Positions 10,663-21,512 of a stretch of 64,000 nucleotides of DNA are shown here, piece by piece. The stretch lies in the NCBI GenBank assembly GCA_000934665.2, contig KZ538112.1, positions 1 through 64,000 on the forward strand, in the 5' to 3' direction. A program made the translations under genes and the position numbers. A model generated the notes under the pieces. It was not told the DNA's origin. It worked only from the letters and a program-made list of their open reading frames with translations, and ran no database searches. The stretch is from Catajapyx aquilonaris. Its lineage: Eukaryota. Within the stretch, counting starts at the first letter, position 1; every line of letters begins with the position of its first letter.

Positions 10663-11025
10663 CGCGCTCCCTCCCTGCCTCTCTCGAACTCCGTCTCCGC
10701 TATGTCCTCTGGTCTCGGCGTCCACTCTCCGACCAACCGGATAATTTCCTGCTCAAGGCATTCTGCGCAGCCTTCCCATCTCTGACCCCAATGCCTCTTC
10801 TGCGAGCACGGTGCGAGTTCACAATGGCGTAAACGGATGGTACAATTTGTGTGCCCCACAGAAAATTTGTTCACGCGAACTTGGCTCTCTTCGTGAGTGC
10901 GTAAACACGCCTTAATATGGATTTGTAAGTCCACTCATCTTCATGTACTTAATGCCATTGATTTTGTGGTGTTTTTGGAATTGCCTCTTATTCAGTGTTA
11001 CTTACTAGATCATTACTCATTACAG

Positions 11026-11613
11026 CCAAGCACTTCAGCCACTGTGGTGCCACCAGCAAAGGAGATCTACCAATTCAAGGTTGACTTACGTCACTTCAAG
11101 CCCCCTGTCTGGCGCCGCATACTAGTTCCAGACAATTACACCTTCAAGGAATTCCATGTGGCCATTCAGGATGCTATGGGATGGCATGACTGTCACGTGC
11201 ACACGTATGACATGCCCCACCCCACAAACGGAAACACTGTCTTCCTTGGGGAAATGAACTTTGGCTGCTATGGTCGCGAGGAGTTTTCTCATGAGAAGCA
11301 AACAAAACTGTCTGCTCTTTTCACCATGAGCAACAAAAAAGCTCACTATGTGTATGATCTTGGAGAGAACTGGGACCATGACATCACCTTGGAGAAGATC
11401 CTTCCTGTAGTTGCAGGTGAAAAGTATCCCCAGTGCCCTGCAGGGAAGGGTGTTTGCCCAATGGAAGATGGAGGAGGAGGAGAAATTTCAGAAGACGAGG
11501 ATGAAGATGAAGAGGCAGACTTTGAGGAGAAGTTGGACAGGGCCCAAGAAAGGTGGGCGACAAAGGTGTTCCAAGTGAGTGACATTAAGTTTCGAAATCT
11601 GAAGGCTGTGTGA
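11026..11613 (+). CDS. Terminal exon encoding a pRiA4b ORF-3-like / MM3350-like domain
   Basis: Acceptor TTACAG|CCA (phase 0). Motifs in family order: IYQFKVDL..KPPVWRRILVP, TFKEFHVAIQDAMGWHDCHVHTY, YVYDLGENWDHDITLEKI, YPQCPAGKGVCPMEDGGG; stop TGA 11611-11613; AATAAA at 11670-11675. Confidence 0.9.
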   Translation, partial: PSTSATVVPPAKEIYQFKVDLRHFKPPVWRRILVPDNYTFKEFHVAIQDAMGWHDCHVHTYDMPHPTNGNTVFLGEMNFGCYGREEFSHEKQTKLSALFTMSNKKAHYVYDLGENWDHDITLEKILPVVAGEKYPQCPAGKGVCPMEDGGGGEISEDEDEDEEADFEEKLDRAQERWATKVFQVSDIKFRNLKAV

Positions 11614-12877
11614 TTAGCAGGTTGATTGCTTTCACTCAGTCAGTCATAGAGAGGATATAAAGTGAGATTAATAAATTGTGCCTTTCGGTTACCATTGGAG
11701 TAACATTGCTGGTATTCTTGATGTATTCTTTCAAGTTGTTTCATTGAGTTTCTCGTCAGCCTAATAGTTGTACGGGTTCACTTTCTTACGAAGAACTTAA
11801 GACTTTTTAGCTGTAGCCATTCAATAGTGTTTTTTTCCCCGTGGTGTCTGTTGTTTACTTTCCATGTGTTTTTCACACCACACTTATTGTATTATGTGTA
11901 ATTAACTACAAAAGGGATCTGAAAAAAGGGAGGGTGAGTTACGCACGGCTGAACCCACACTTTCAAGGTACCATTTCAGAAATGTCTTGAGCAAACGTTT
12001 TATCTGATACCAATGGAATGATAAGACGCTTTCTTGTTTTGAAGTGTCAGAGGCTTTTTGTTCTAACCCTCCCTTACAATGCCATTCAGTTTTATTTCAT
12101 CCTGTGAGACAGGGCTCCATACATTTTGTTTCCTGATTCCTCATTGTGATACACGTGAGGTTTGTTTCGCCAGGCACATGGTTTTTCTTTCTTTTTCTTT
12201 CTTTGACTATTGGCCAATGCAAATGGGGTTTTGTGCAAGAAGAGTAAAATATGGGGGCTGGATTCCATTTGAGGACAATTTTTGCACAGTACAGAAGTCC
12301 TGAGCAGGCCTTTTTTTTTTGTTCATTAGTTTATTACACTCCTCTGCGCATTGGCTATGTTCAGAAACCCTGACTAGGAAGGAACTACTTATTTTGGTAA
12401 TCTAGGTGATTATGGAAGTGTGTGTGCTCCTCTTCCAATTAAATTTCAGTTCCACCAGCCATACCAGACTAAGTAATCCCTTGCTGTGTTTCAGGTTATG
12501 ACTCATTGTACTTTGTGTCATTATTCATCAATTTCACCTCAAGTCATTACAAGATTTCAAAAATATGCCATGCAAAGATTCAGAATCAGCCACATACATG
12601 TTGATCTTGTCAAAGGACCGTGCTCTGCAAGAACTGAGGGCAATAAGTTACCGAAAGACAGAGTGTTTCCATGCTTTGTTTGTTTGATTGGGAAGAAGGC
12701 AAAGCAACTGTGACAGATGGTGATGGGACCTGCCTTAAGGTTGGGACAGGCAATAATACGACTTCTCAAAGATTTTCTCCTGCAGTGTACAGATAGACCC
12801 TGGTTTATGACAGGGTGAGGGTCCAGCAAAACAGGGTAATATGTAAAATGAAAAGTAAAACAAGGCCTACCAGTATA

Positions 12878-13089
12878 CTGGGTGTTCAAGTATATTGGTC
12901 GCTTACAGGAAATTTTGCCTGAAGCTGTTTTTTTGTAACTTTTTGCACCTCGATCCAGGTCCTGTATTACACAGCAACTGGTGTATTCGATCACATGCGA
13001 GTAATTGGACACCTGGATCGGGGTGCAACAAACTACAAAAAAATTCTTTCAGGTATTTAAAATGACCTTGATTATTGGAACACCCCATG
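12878..13089. mobile_element. Diverged Tc1/mariner-type MITE
   Basis: TA|CTGGGTGTTC...GAACACCCCATG|TA with inner arms TTGCACCTCGATCCAGGT / ACCTGGATCGGGGTGCAA. Confidence 0.7.
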
Positions 13090-13874
13090 TACTTCTAGAC
13101 TTTTCCCCAATGCACAAAAGACAAAAGAGGCGCCTGTAGTGTATTATTAACTTTGAGGTGTTGCAGGGTTATGTTAATTTTTCTGTTTTTTTTTCTTCAC
13201 ATTTTTAAATTTGAAAAGGTTATTTTGAAAAGGTAATTGATGTGAAATAACCTAAAATGGCAAGTTACTGGGCCTACTGTGGTATACTTTGCCTGGCTGC
13301 ATCATACTTGATGAGTAACGTGCGATTCACATTTTCATGCAGTTTATGTTATTTTGTCCTCATGATGTACATGTAAGTCCATTGTCCTCTGCTGGCATTT
13401 TGTACCTATGGAAACTTGCCACTAGGAAAATAGAGCTAAGAAGCATTACATGCTGGTTATGGCAGTTTGATTGTGTTCATTTGTTGTATGACATTTTGGA
13501 ATAAAAATAGGTTAATATTTAATGGTGCTGTTAAAATCACAAGTTCTCTTACTGATTATTCTTACTACGAGTAAGAACATTGGGGTAGTAGATGTTGCAT
13601 GGAATGGATGTGTAGGTCATGTAATTTTCTGGATTGCAGACAATGGAGGGACTAACATCTGGTCAGCCTAATGAACGTCACATAACAAAGAAGAAACTGG
13701 CAATAACTACCTTTCATTTTAGTTGGTTTTGGCGATACCAGATCTTTCCCAGTGTCCAACACCAGACAGAATGCATTGGTGTAGCACACTGAGCCCCTGT
13801 CATCTATGGTTTCACTTACACGCAGTTTGAGAATATTTAAGAAACAAAAACACAAGAAAAAAATCCACCATGTA

Positions 13875-14468
13875 CAGTAAAACTTCTATAAGTTGAATCT
13901 CCATGGGACCGGAGAAAAACTTCGAGTTATAGACAGGTTATAGAAGAGTCGAGTTAGAGAAGTCTGAAATTTTTTAAGCACATAACTCTATAAGGAAGCC
14001 TACCTTTATATCCAGTGACGAAAGGTGTTAAAATCTTAAAAATAACTGTCACTATCACACTTACAATGTTCCTCATTGATTTGTTGTAAAAAAAAAACAC
14101 TCTGTTATGGATATTTGCCTACTCATAGATTCAAGGATTCAATTGTCACAATCAAGTCAAACCCTTCTTTCGGTACATCTGGTAGATGGAGATCAGGAAA
14201 TTGAGCTTTTCTGTACAACTACTCTCAACCCTTCGGCTGGGAAATGAGAAAATTTTCCTTACTCGCCAACATGAACTTCGACTTAGGGACACTGAAAATG
14301 CATTGATATCCCATTGTAAGGCCCTGCCAGCACTTCGAGTTATGGAGAACTTTGAGTTAAGGAAGTTGATTTCCTATTATTTTATATTGTGACCAACCAA
14401 GCTCATAATTTTCTTCAACTTATAGAGAACTTCGACTTAGGAAAGTTCGACTTATAGAAGTTTTACTG
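13875..14468. mobile_element. pogo/Tigger-like MITE (594 bp)
   Basis: TA|CAGTAAAACTTCTATAAGTTGAA...TTCGACTTATAGAAGTTTTACTG|TA; repeated subterminal TTCGA(G/C)TTA motifs. Confidence 0.88.
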
Positions 14469-14554
14469 TATTTTTGTTGCAGCTTCGAACTGGACTGTTA
14501 TAATTTATAACTATCCTTGACTTAGAAGAAAAAAATCAGAAAATTGAAGGAAAA

Positions 14555-14623
14555 ATGGTGGTACTCCACCCCCCTATAAGGGCCTATGGCCCTATCACGG
14601 GGTAACGTTTAAAAAAAACAAAA
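14555..14623 (+). mobile_element. 5'-truncated retroposon 3' tail related to the SINE at 2190
   Basis: ATGGTGGTACTCCACCCCCTATA...ATCACGGGGTAACGTTT + A tail matches ATGGTGGTATGCCACCCACCTATA...ATCACGGGGTAAACTT + A tail at ~2473-2546. Confidence 0.7.
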
Positions 14624-14694
14624 CATGACTATCCCGTTTTATTAATACTGTATTGCTTTCGTTGTTTCTGTCTAAACATGCATTAATTTGTCAA

Positions 14695-14830
14695 CCCTGT
14701 AATGCCCACTGGGTCATATCTGGCACACCATTTAGTGCAATTTTTGCAATTTGTGCAATTTTTATATTTCCTGTAAGTGCCAAATTGCACTAAATGGTGT
14801 TCCAGATATGACCCAAGGGGCATTACAGGG
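14695..14830. mobile_element. piggyBac-like MITE
   Basis: TCAA|CCCTGTAATGCCC...GGGCATTACAGGG|TTAA; CCC/GGG termini, near-TTAA TSD, ~45-bp arms. Confidence 0.8.
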
Positions 14831-15719
14831 TTAAACTGGATCTTGTATGTATACTGCATTTTATTACAGTGCAACAGTGTATTGTTATCACTGTCTTATT
14901 ATAGTGTAGACTAAGCTATGAGCACTAACCAAGTCCTCTGGTGATAAGATCAGATTGTGGCGGCCACACATATCGGCAGCATGGTGGTTGCTGGTGTTCT
15001 GACCAGTAATGAAACTGAAAATGTATCATGCAACTGGTATTTGACAATCTTCAGCAGTATAGTGTATTACACCACAAGCAGTAGTCAGTAGTTGTGAGCC
15101 GGAGTATGCTGTTCTTAGGAATGAGAGTGATGGAGGTCACCAAGGAGTGTGCATTCGGTTCTTCTGACTAATAAGCAGTAGTGTCCGTAGATATGCAAAT
15201 AGCTCATTGCAGAGCTCCTGACCAACTGAAAAGCAGGGTCAGGAATACCAACTTCATTCAGGAGAGTCCATAACATTTCAACTGATGTAGATATAAGCTA
15301 AATCATTAAATACATGGTAACTTACAAGGTGTGACGTTATGAATTAATGGCTGCAATTCAAGAGAGCCAGTGTACACTTTTTTGAGGAGTGACTACCCCC
15401 ATGGTTCAAACCCTTATTCTGGATTTACCAGGCTTTACTATTGATCACATGACCCAGCTAATGTTCAAAAATGGCTGTAAGCAAAGTATCATTTTCAACA
15501 ACGTCACATTCAGATTGGAAGGCTCTTTATTGCATGAACAATCATGAAAATCCCTTCTCTTTGGTGTGATACAGGTACAAAAACATCTTTGCCTAGAGCC
15601 CTAGACTGAGCGAGGCATCACTGATGGGCTGTGGTAGTCAAAACATGATACATAAGTCGCTCAATTGAGCCTATGATTACTTTTGTACTCCTCTGTCACA
15701 CCCACTTTCATACTTTTAT

Positions 15720-17505
15720 TCATTTCCCCTCTTTAGTCTTCGCTGAATCTTCTTTCACCACTTCAGGGCCCTGATGATTAGCCTCAGCCTGCTCAGACTC
15801 TTCTTCAGCAACAGCTGAGTTGTTTGCCTGAAGCTTCTCTGGACAGCACACAAATGATATATGTAATTAGGACACGTCAATAAGTTTGCTGTAAATCCAC
15901 ATCACAATCCATATTACATGTTTGCTTTTTAATAGTTTCCATATTATTTTTAGGAAGAAAACTGCACCTTAGATATTTTGATATAACTCCGGTAAAATAA
16001 ATAAATGTAGATAGAACATTGAGTAGTAAGTTTCAGGACTTACTTTTTGCAACAAAGGCCTTCTTGCACTTGTCCTTGATTGCAGAAATAGAAAAAGAAC
16101 TTTCATCATCAGATGATTGACCTTCGACATTAGTGGCGCTTTCCTCTAGGTAAGACCCACTCAAAGTCATCTTCTTCTTCTTCTTCTTCTTCTTCCTCAG
16201 CTTCTTACCTGAAACGCTCGCCTTTGCATGATGTTCATCAGAATCACGTATGCGGTCCTCCTCGTGCTGTTGGCCAAGAATGCATAAAGCATGTCATGTT
16301 TAATATCGTAATGAAATATTAATCCTATGGCCTATTTTCAGCATTCAGTAACCTAAAGTCTGTTATTCACTTGTATGCAGCACCAAATGCCTCTTACCTT
16401 AATCTTTTCTTTACGTACAACTTCTGGATCCTCTGCATCAACCAAATTAAGAAACTTGGCCCCTGTGCCCTGGCATGCAGATATCTCTGCAGCTGCCATA
16501 GTCAACTTTTTGTGAGTATTGGAGGAAGTAGTATGAGGTCGAAAGGCCAACGTTGACGTGAACACTGCCTGAGCCTGCAGACCCGTCCCCTGACGAATGA
16601 ACAGCTGGTTGCTCAGATCAGAGAACCAATGTGGATGAACATCAAAGATCTCCTCTCCCAAGTGGAGAGACATGCTTCCATCAGACCAGCGCACCATCTT
16701 AGCATTGCTTTCTGGCACCAATTTTCCTTCACTGTTCTTCACCCATCTCCATCGGATAGTGTTCTCCACCTTGAGTTTCAACTTGGCCAGTCCTTCCTCG
16801 TCGTCTGGGACCTCCTCCACTCTCTCTTCGTAATTGTAGGTTGCAGGATCAAAGGGCTGGGACTCACAGGACAGGACATTGGGCAATTTGACAAAGTGAA
16901 ACTCTTTGCCAAGATCAAAATTAATCTTGGGCATCTCGGTCTCGATGTTGTCCTCAGGAACTGGAAGACTTTCTGGCTTCTCCTGGCCTTCCACCACTTT
17001 CTCTTCGTTTCCTATTGGCTTGCTAGGACTGTCATCTGACGCTGTTACCTGTGAATCCCAATCCTCCATAAAGGGGGTGGTTTCTCCATAGCTTGCTGGG
17101 GTTTTATTACATATATCTTGTAATTTCTCATCTGCATCTGTAATAATAACAACAATAATAGTAGTGATAGTAAAAACAAACCCTCGACACCAATTCCAAT
17201 ATGTGGGGCAGTATTTGATGGGAACTGCTAGCAGTTGAAAACAGTAATCTTCAGAACCTTCTAGTGATATTGTGCAATGATAATGACAAGCTGATCTGTG
17301 TAAACTAACCTTCTTGATCTGATGAAATGAACAGTTTAGAATCGTCAGAGGCGCAATTTGGGCTGTTACTGCTTGATGAAGTCAAGAAATTTTTCACTGA
17401 GCTTTCTGGTGATGATTCCTTGCCAGGAATGCTGCTGTCTGGTCCATCGCTTTTTTGGGGGGCATGGCCTGACTGGGTTAGATTGTCTACTTCTCCTTCC
17501 GACAT
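15720..17505 (-). CDS. LEO1: RNA polymerase II-associated protein LEO1-like (Paf1 complex), 425 aa; complement(join(15720..15838,16044..16266,16398..17137,17310..17505))
   Basis: Leo1 core FVKLPN..S.E..PFDP, LKLKVENTIRWR, ESNAKMVRWSDGSMSLHLG.E.FDV, LFIRQGTGLQ.QAVF, FRPHT..S.THKK, then KEKIK|HEEDRIR, LSGSYLE and SISAIK. Introns GT-AG with phases 1,0,1; stop TGA overlaps AATAAA. Probable 5' UTR exon ends at 18028 (CCACG|GTAAG) and splices to 17525. Confidence 0.92.
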
Positions 17506-17724
17506 GCTTTCAGGATCGATCTTCACTGAAGTCAAATGCAGGAGTTACTAGATGTTAGTCCCAAAAATGTACAGTAGATTGTGAATATAAAGTTCCACGA
17601 AAAAAGTGAATACAAGTGAAAGAATGATAAGGATACTTGGGGCTTCACACACAGTTTGAGCATCTTTTACAAGTTTATTATGATACTCATCGACTAATAA
17701 GACAGAGCTACAAATACTATATCT

Positions 17725-17840
17725 CTGCCGTCCCAAGGAGAAACACCCTAACTGAAAAACTAGTAAGGGTGAAAGTGGCATGCACGCGACTTTCACCCTT
17801 ACCAGTTTTGCAGTTTGAGTGTTTCTCCTTGAGACGGCAG
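17725..17840. mobile_element. MITE with 4-bp TSD (Sola-like), copy 1
   Basis: ATCT|CTGCCGTCCCAAGGAGAAACAC...GTGTTTCTCCTTGAGACGGCAG|ATCT; same family as 48402-48562. Confidence 0.85.
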
Positions 17841-18039
17841 ATCTAGCCATCTTCATCGCCCTTGAGGCATGTTTGCTGGAAACACAAATTAGCAGAAAAT
17901 CCAAGGGATTAATCACTCGTCAGTTCAGCTTACAACGAACTTGATGAGTGATTTACACCTCAAGAAAATCATAGTATGCTACCTCTGTCCGAATTCAGCC
18001 ATTAAAAGCAAGGTTAAAAGTTCTTACCGTGGTTCCTGC

Positions 18040-18041
18040 TC

Positions 18042-18072
<31 letters not shown>
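18040..18072. repeat. (CT)n microsatellite in the probable LEO1-like 5' UTR exon
   Basis: Direct reading. Confidence 0.85.
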
Positions 18073-18073
<1 letters not shown>

Positions 18074-18267
18074 CTTCTACTCGATCGTTCGAACCAAGGA
18101 GACGTCCGTCGATGGCACCCGCTCGACTGAGAAGTGGGGACCAGGTGGGGACACTTTATACACAGATGAGGTTATGCTAATCGGGTTATGCTTCTTATTT
18201 CCACACCCGACAAAGACACACGATGCTACACAACACACAGTTTGTGTCGCGTCCGAGCCTGGATGGA

Positions 18268-18349
18268 AGAAACGGGGTCCACAACGCGATCTGCACGGAC
18301 CCTGATGAAAGAAACGGGGTCCACAACACGGGCTCCACGGACCCGGATG
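18268..18349 (+). repeat. 42-bp tandem duplication in the GC-rich promoter region
   Basis: AGAAACGGGGTCCACAAC...CACGGACCC.GATG occurs twice, 42 bp apart. Confidence 0.8.
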
Positions 18350-18649
18350 TGGCGTAGCCGGTATAACCGGATGTAGACGTGACGGATGTCATGGGAATAG
18401 CAGAAGACTCTCTCCACCTTCCATCCTTCATCTCTGCTTCTCATTTCTTGTGTGGTCGACCTGCTGTAAAGAAGAGGCTCTATACCACAGGGCTGTACGA
18501 GTGTGTACAGCCTTATTGTGCGTGTGTGGAAGAGAGAGGTAGAGCTCTCGCTGTGTTGTTGTCCCAGTCCCCTCTTGCATTTCATTCCTTCTTCACCCTA
18601 CCATCCTCCCATTCCCTTGTGGCGGTGTTCCTCAAGACACAACACTTCA

Positions 18650-18681
18650 ATGGGACTACATTGGGACGGGCCTATCTGCAG
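18650..18681 (+). CDS. Possible first coding exon of a gene transcribed divergently from LEO1-like
   Basis: CpG-rich upstream region, ATG 18650 (MGLHWDGPICR), strong donor CAG|GTAGGT at 18682 (phase 2) followed by AT-rich sequence; may be non-coding. Confidence 0.3.
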
Positions 18682-19747
18682 GTAGGTCCAATATTGTTCC
18701 TTTATATTTTTTAAAATCAAATCAATCAAAATCAAATGAAAGTGTAGATGACTTACACAGTTTAGCCTATTAGTTTTGCAAGCTACGTGCAACTCCAAAT
18801 GTTATTGTGAGATGAAACTATTTTCTACAAGCTTGGATTCCCGCCACATTCAAAGATTTACGCACTTGAAAGGAATGCAAGCGCCATGCTTTGCGCACGG
18901 TCTTCGCAGTATGAAGGAAAGTATTCGTATCATTGTGGAATTAAGTTAATTATAGTAAGGGAAGGTACTTTATTGATAGCCTGTAGTACCGCACGGCGCA
19001 CGTATATATTAAGAATTATTTTAGGCTATTTAAAAAATCGAAACGTATTTTACAGAACCAGCACAGGAAGGCTGCATAGTCACATGCTGCACCCTATCGT
19101 GGGTTTCAGAATTTAGTTCACATCAGTACAGTGTCTGTCAAACTCTTGGTCAAACTAATGGGTAAGATTTTCGCAGCCTCTTGCCTCATCTCAACAGTTT
19201 CATTGGAAAGTTTTGGATAGTTTTCCAACAATGCCACACTTGAATAAGGTGACACGACAAAATATGAGCGCCCTCGAGATTTTTTAAACAGTTTTTTACC
19301 GATACGGATATAAGTAAATTCAGAAACACACGTTACGGTACGACGACACCAATAATAATAAAAATGTTACGATCCTGACCTGGTAATTGCAAAATAATGT
19401 AATATTTATGCGAACATTATCAGGACATTCCATTTACATACTCGTAGGTCCAGACTACTGCGACTTATGAATAATATTGATCGATAATCTGGTTTGCAAC
19501 AGATTGTATCCGTATAGCAAAAAAGATTATCCTCTCTCAGCCTCCATCCTGCAGTTCAGCTGCTTTCATTTGCTGTCGGCTGCATGTAATTGATGGCCTT
19601 TGTCAAGCGGAAGACTCTCTGGGTAGCAAATTATAGGGAAATGGAGCTCAGATTTTTTTTTCTTTTTTTCTTTCTAGCGTACCAGACTATATTGTTGTCA
19701 CTTACCGTACTATTTGTGCCGCATTTAGTGAATCTGAATTTATAGAC

Positions 19748-19804
19748 ATCTGGGTTAAGTGCGTTCTCTATGGGGGCCCCATAGAGAACGCACTTAACCC
19801 AGAT
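19748..19804. repeat. Perfect hairpin, 28-bp arms, 1-nt loop
   Basis: ATCTGGGTTAAGTGCGTTCTCTATGGGG-G-CCCCATAGAGAACGCACTTAACCCAGAT. Confidence 0.9.
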
Positions 19805-21413
19805 ATGTCCCCATAAAAATATTTTCAAATATGAAACAAACAAATAATTCAGACATATCTGGGTCAATTTTAATATGTCTGAAGCACTTATCATATAATA
19901 TGCGGATACATGTCTTTCTGAAGCTGATTATTCTTCACTTAAGAGTGACTGAGAAAGCACTCAAGTATAGTTCTAACTAGGACAAATTTAGTTTCCCTTG
20001 GTTTTATTGATGTGAGCCCGAGGGAGTGTTATGAAAATAAATTTTGCCGAGTTTCTCCGCGAAATCCGGAGACAAGTAGTTGGCGCCAGGAATCAATATG
20101 TCGCATTGGGTCTCCCAGGAGCACTTGTCCGGCGCCACAGCATCACGTCACGTCGTTTCCTACATTTCGTCTTTTTTCCACCTCTTTTTGTATACCAAAA
20201 AGAGGGGTGTATACAATAGACTTGCAACTATTTGTAAACAGAAAACGCGGAACGAAATTCTCGAAATACCAACAAATCATGTGCCATTATAACCATTTTA
20301 TTTGATCAAAAATGTCACCAATAACCGCTTCCAAAAAATTCCAGAGCTTAGATTTGGCTGAAGCATATCTATGAAAGTAATGACAAAAGTTTGGCCTCTA
20401 TCTGTCAAGCCCACTCTGACATAAAATCCTTTGATGGCCCGTAGTCAAATGGTGGGGTCCAAATTTCCATTTCTTGACCCACAAATTTCGGCCTAATGCA
20501 GCAATAGAGGATAAGGAGTAGTGCCAGCAGACGTTGAGCAGCAAAGACCTTCATTTTCTCCAGATAGAAATCAATGCGCGATGACCTCTCCCAACCCTCT
20601 CCNGAAGATAGTTCGACCCTTAGCATCCGGAACCTGGGCCGAACAAGAGTACCGCTCATTAAGTCTATGGGATGGTCGCCTAGGGGCCAGATTTAATTAG
20701 GTTTGAGTTCTACGTTTATTGTCCTTTTAATCCGCTCTGGATTGGGGGTGTGTGTGCAGAATAACATTGTCCCCGAAGGGCTTTCGCAAAAGGGGGAGGC
20801 ACTGAAAAAGCACTATTTCAATAGACTATAGTCTGGACAAGGGGATGGAAACATGAAAATGTGTAATTGACAGGAATTGAGGTATATTCAAAATAATAGA
20901 GGAGTAATTAAACGGCGGAGAAAAGTTTTCTCAAAGCTTTCTAAATAATGACTGAATAGACTTTGCCATGTACTAGATCTGACAAAAATTGATATTAGTA
21001 GTGTAAATAACTGCTAAAATAGCGCACATTATCATGTATTATTTGCGGAAATTATTTTAATTTTTCCATATGAAGACTCAGGTTGGACACTTAATTTTAT
21101 GTAAACATTTCCGTCCTTTACATGTCTTGGAGGTTATGTTCATAATCCACACTATTTGACTAACATAAATGTATGTATGTTACTTTTTAACGTACGTCAA
21201 ACATTATCCGCATAGATTCCAAATGGTACTCTGCAATTAGCATTTTAAATGGCAATTTATATCCGACCCTTAGGGAACCGCAGCCGGAAAAAAAGGTGGT
21301 CCAGATTAAATCGAAATTACGTGAAAGCCGGCTCTAGTTAATGCAAAGTTGAAAGTTCCTCTATTTTAACACATTCAGCCAGTCTTTCACATCATTCCAA
21401 TCCTCCAATGAAA

Positions 21414-21512
21414 ATGGATCACACTTTTAGAGAAAACCCTCAATATATCATATATTGAGGGTTTTCTCTAAAAGTGTGATCCATGTATAGCCATATATTA
21501 TATGGCTATACA
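21414..21512. repeat. Two abutting perfect hairpins
   Basis: 21414-21484 ATGGATCACACTTTTAGAGAAAACCCTCAATATAT-C-ATATATTGAGGGTTTTCTCTAAAAGTGTGATCCAT; 21484-21512 TGTATAGCCATATA-T-TATATGGCTATACA. Confidence 0.9.

Larger units (their letters stand above)
6094..10912. mobile_element. PIF/Harbinger DNA transposon (4819 bp), transposase-defective, with intact MADF gene, in the host gene intron
   Basis: 38-bp TIRs with one mismatch (AGGCGTGTTTACGCACTCACGAAG[T/A]GAGCCAAGTTCGC); TAA TSD at 6091-6093 and 10913-10915; convergent MADF gene (+) and transposase stub (-), the usual two-gene Harbinger layout. Confidence 0.92.

Noticed and set aside
10897..11025. N-terminal 43 aa of the ORF-track protein 10897..11613
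   Set aside because: Starts at a GTG inside the Harbinger right TIR and runs through intron sequence; the real exon begins at acceptor 11026.
11026..11613. Bacterial contamination as the source of the pRiA4b domain
   Set aside because: It has a spliceosomal acceptor, no ATG/Shine-Dalgarno start, a poly(A) signal and animal TEs on both sides with no gap; long reads would settle it.
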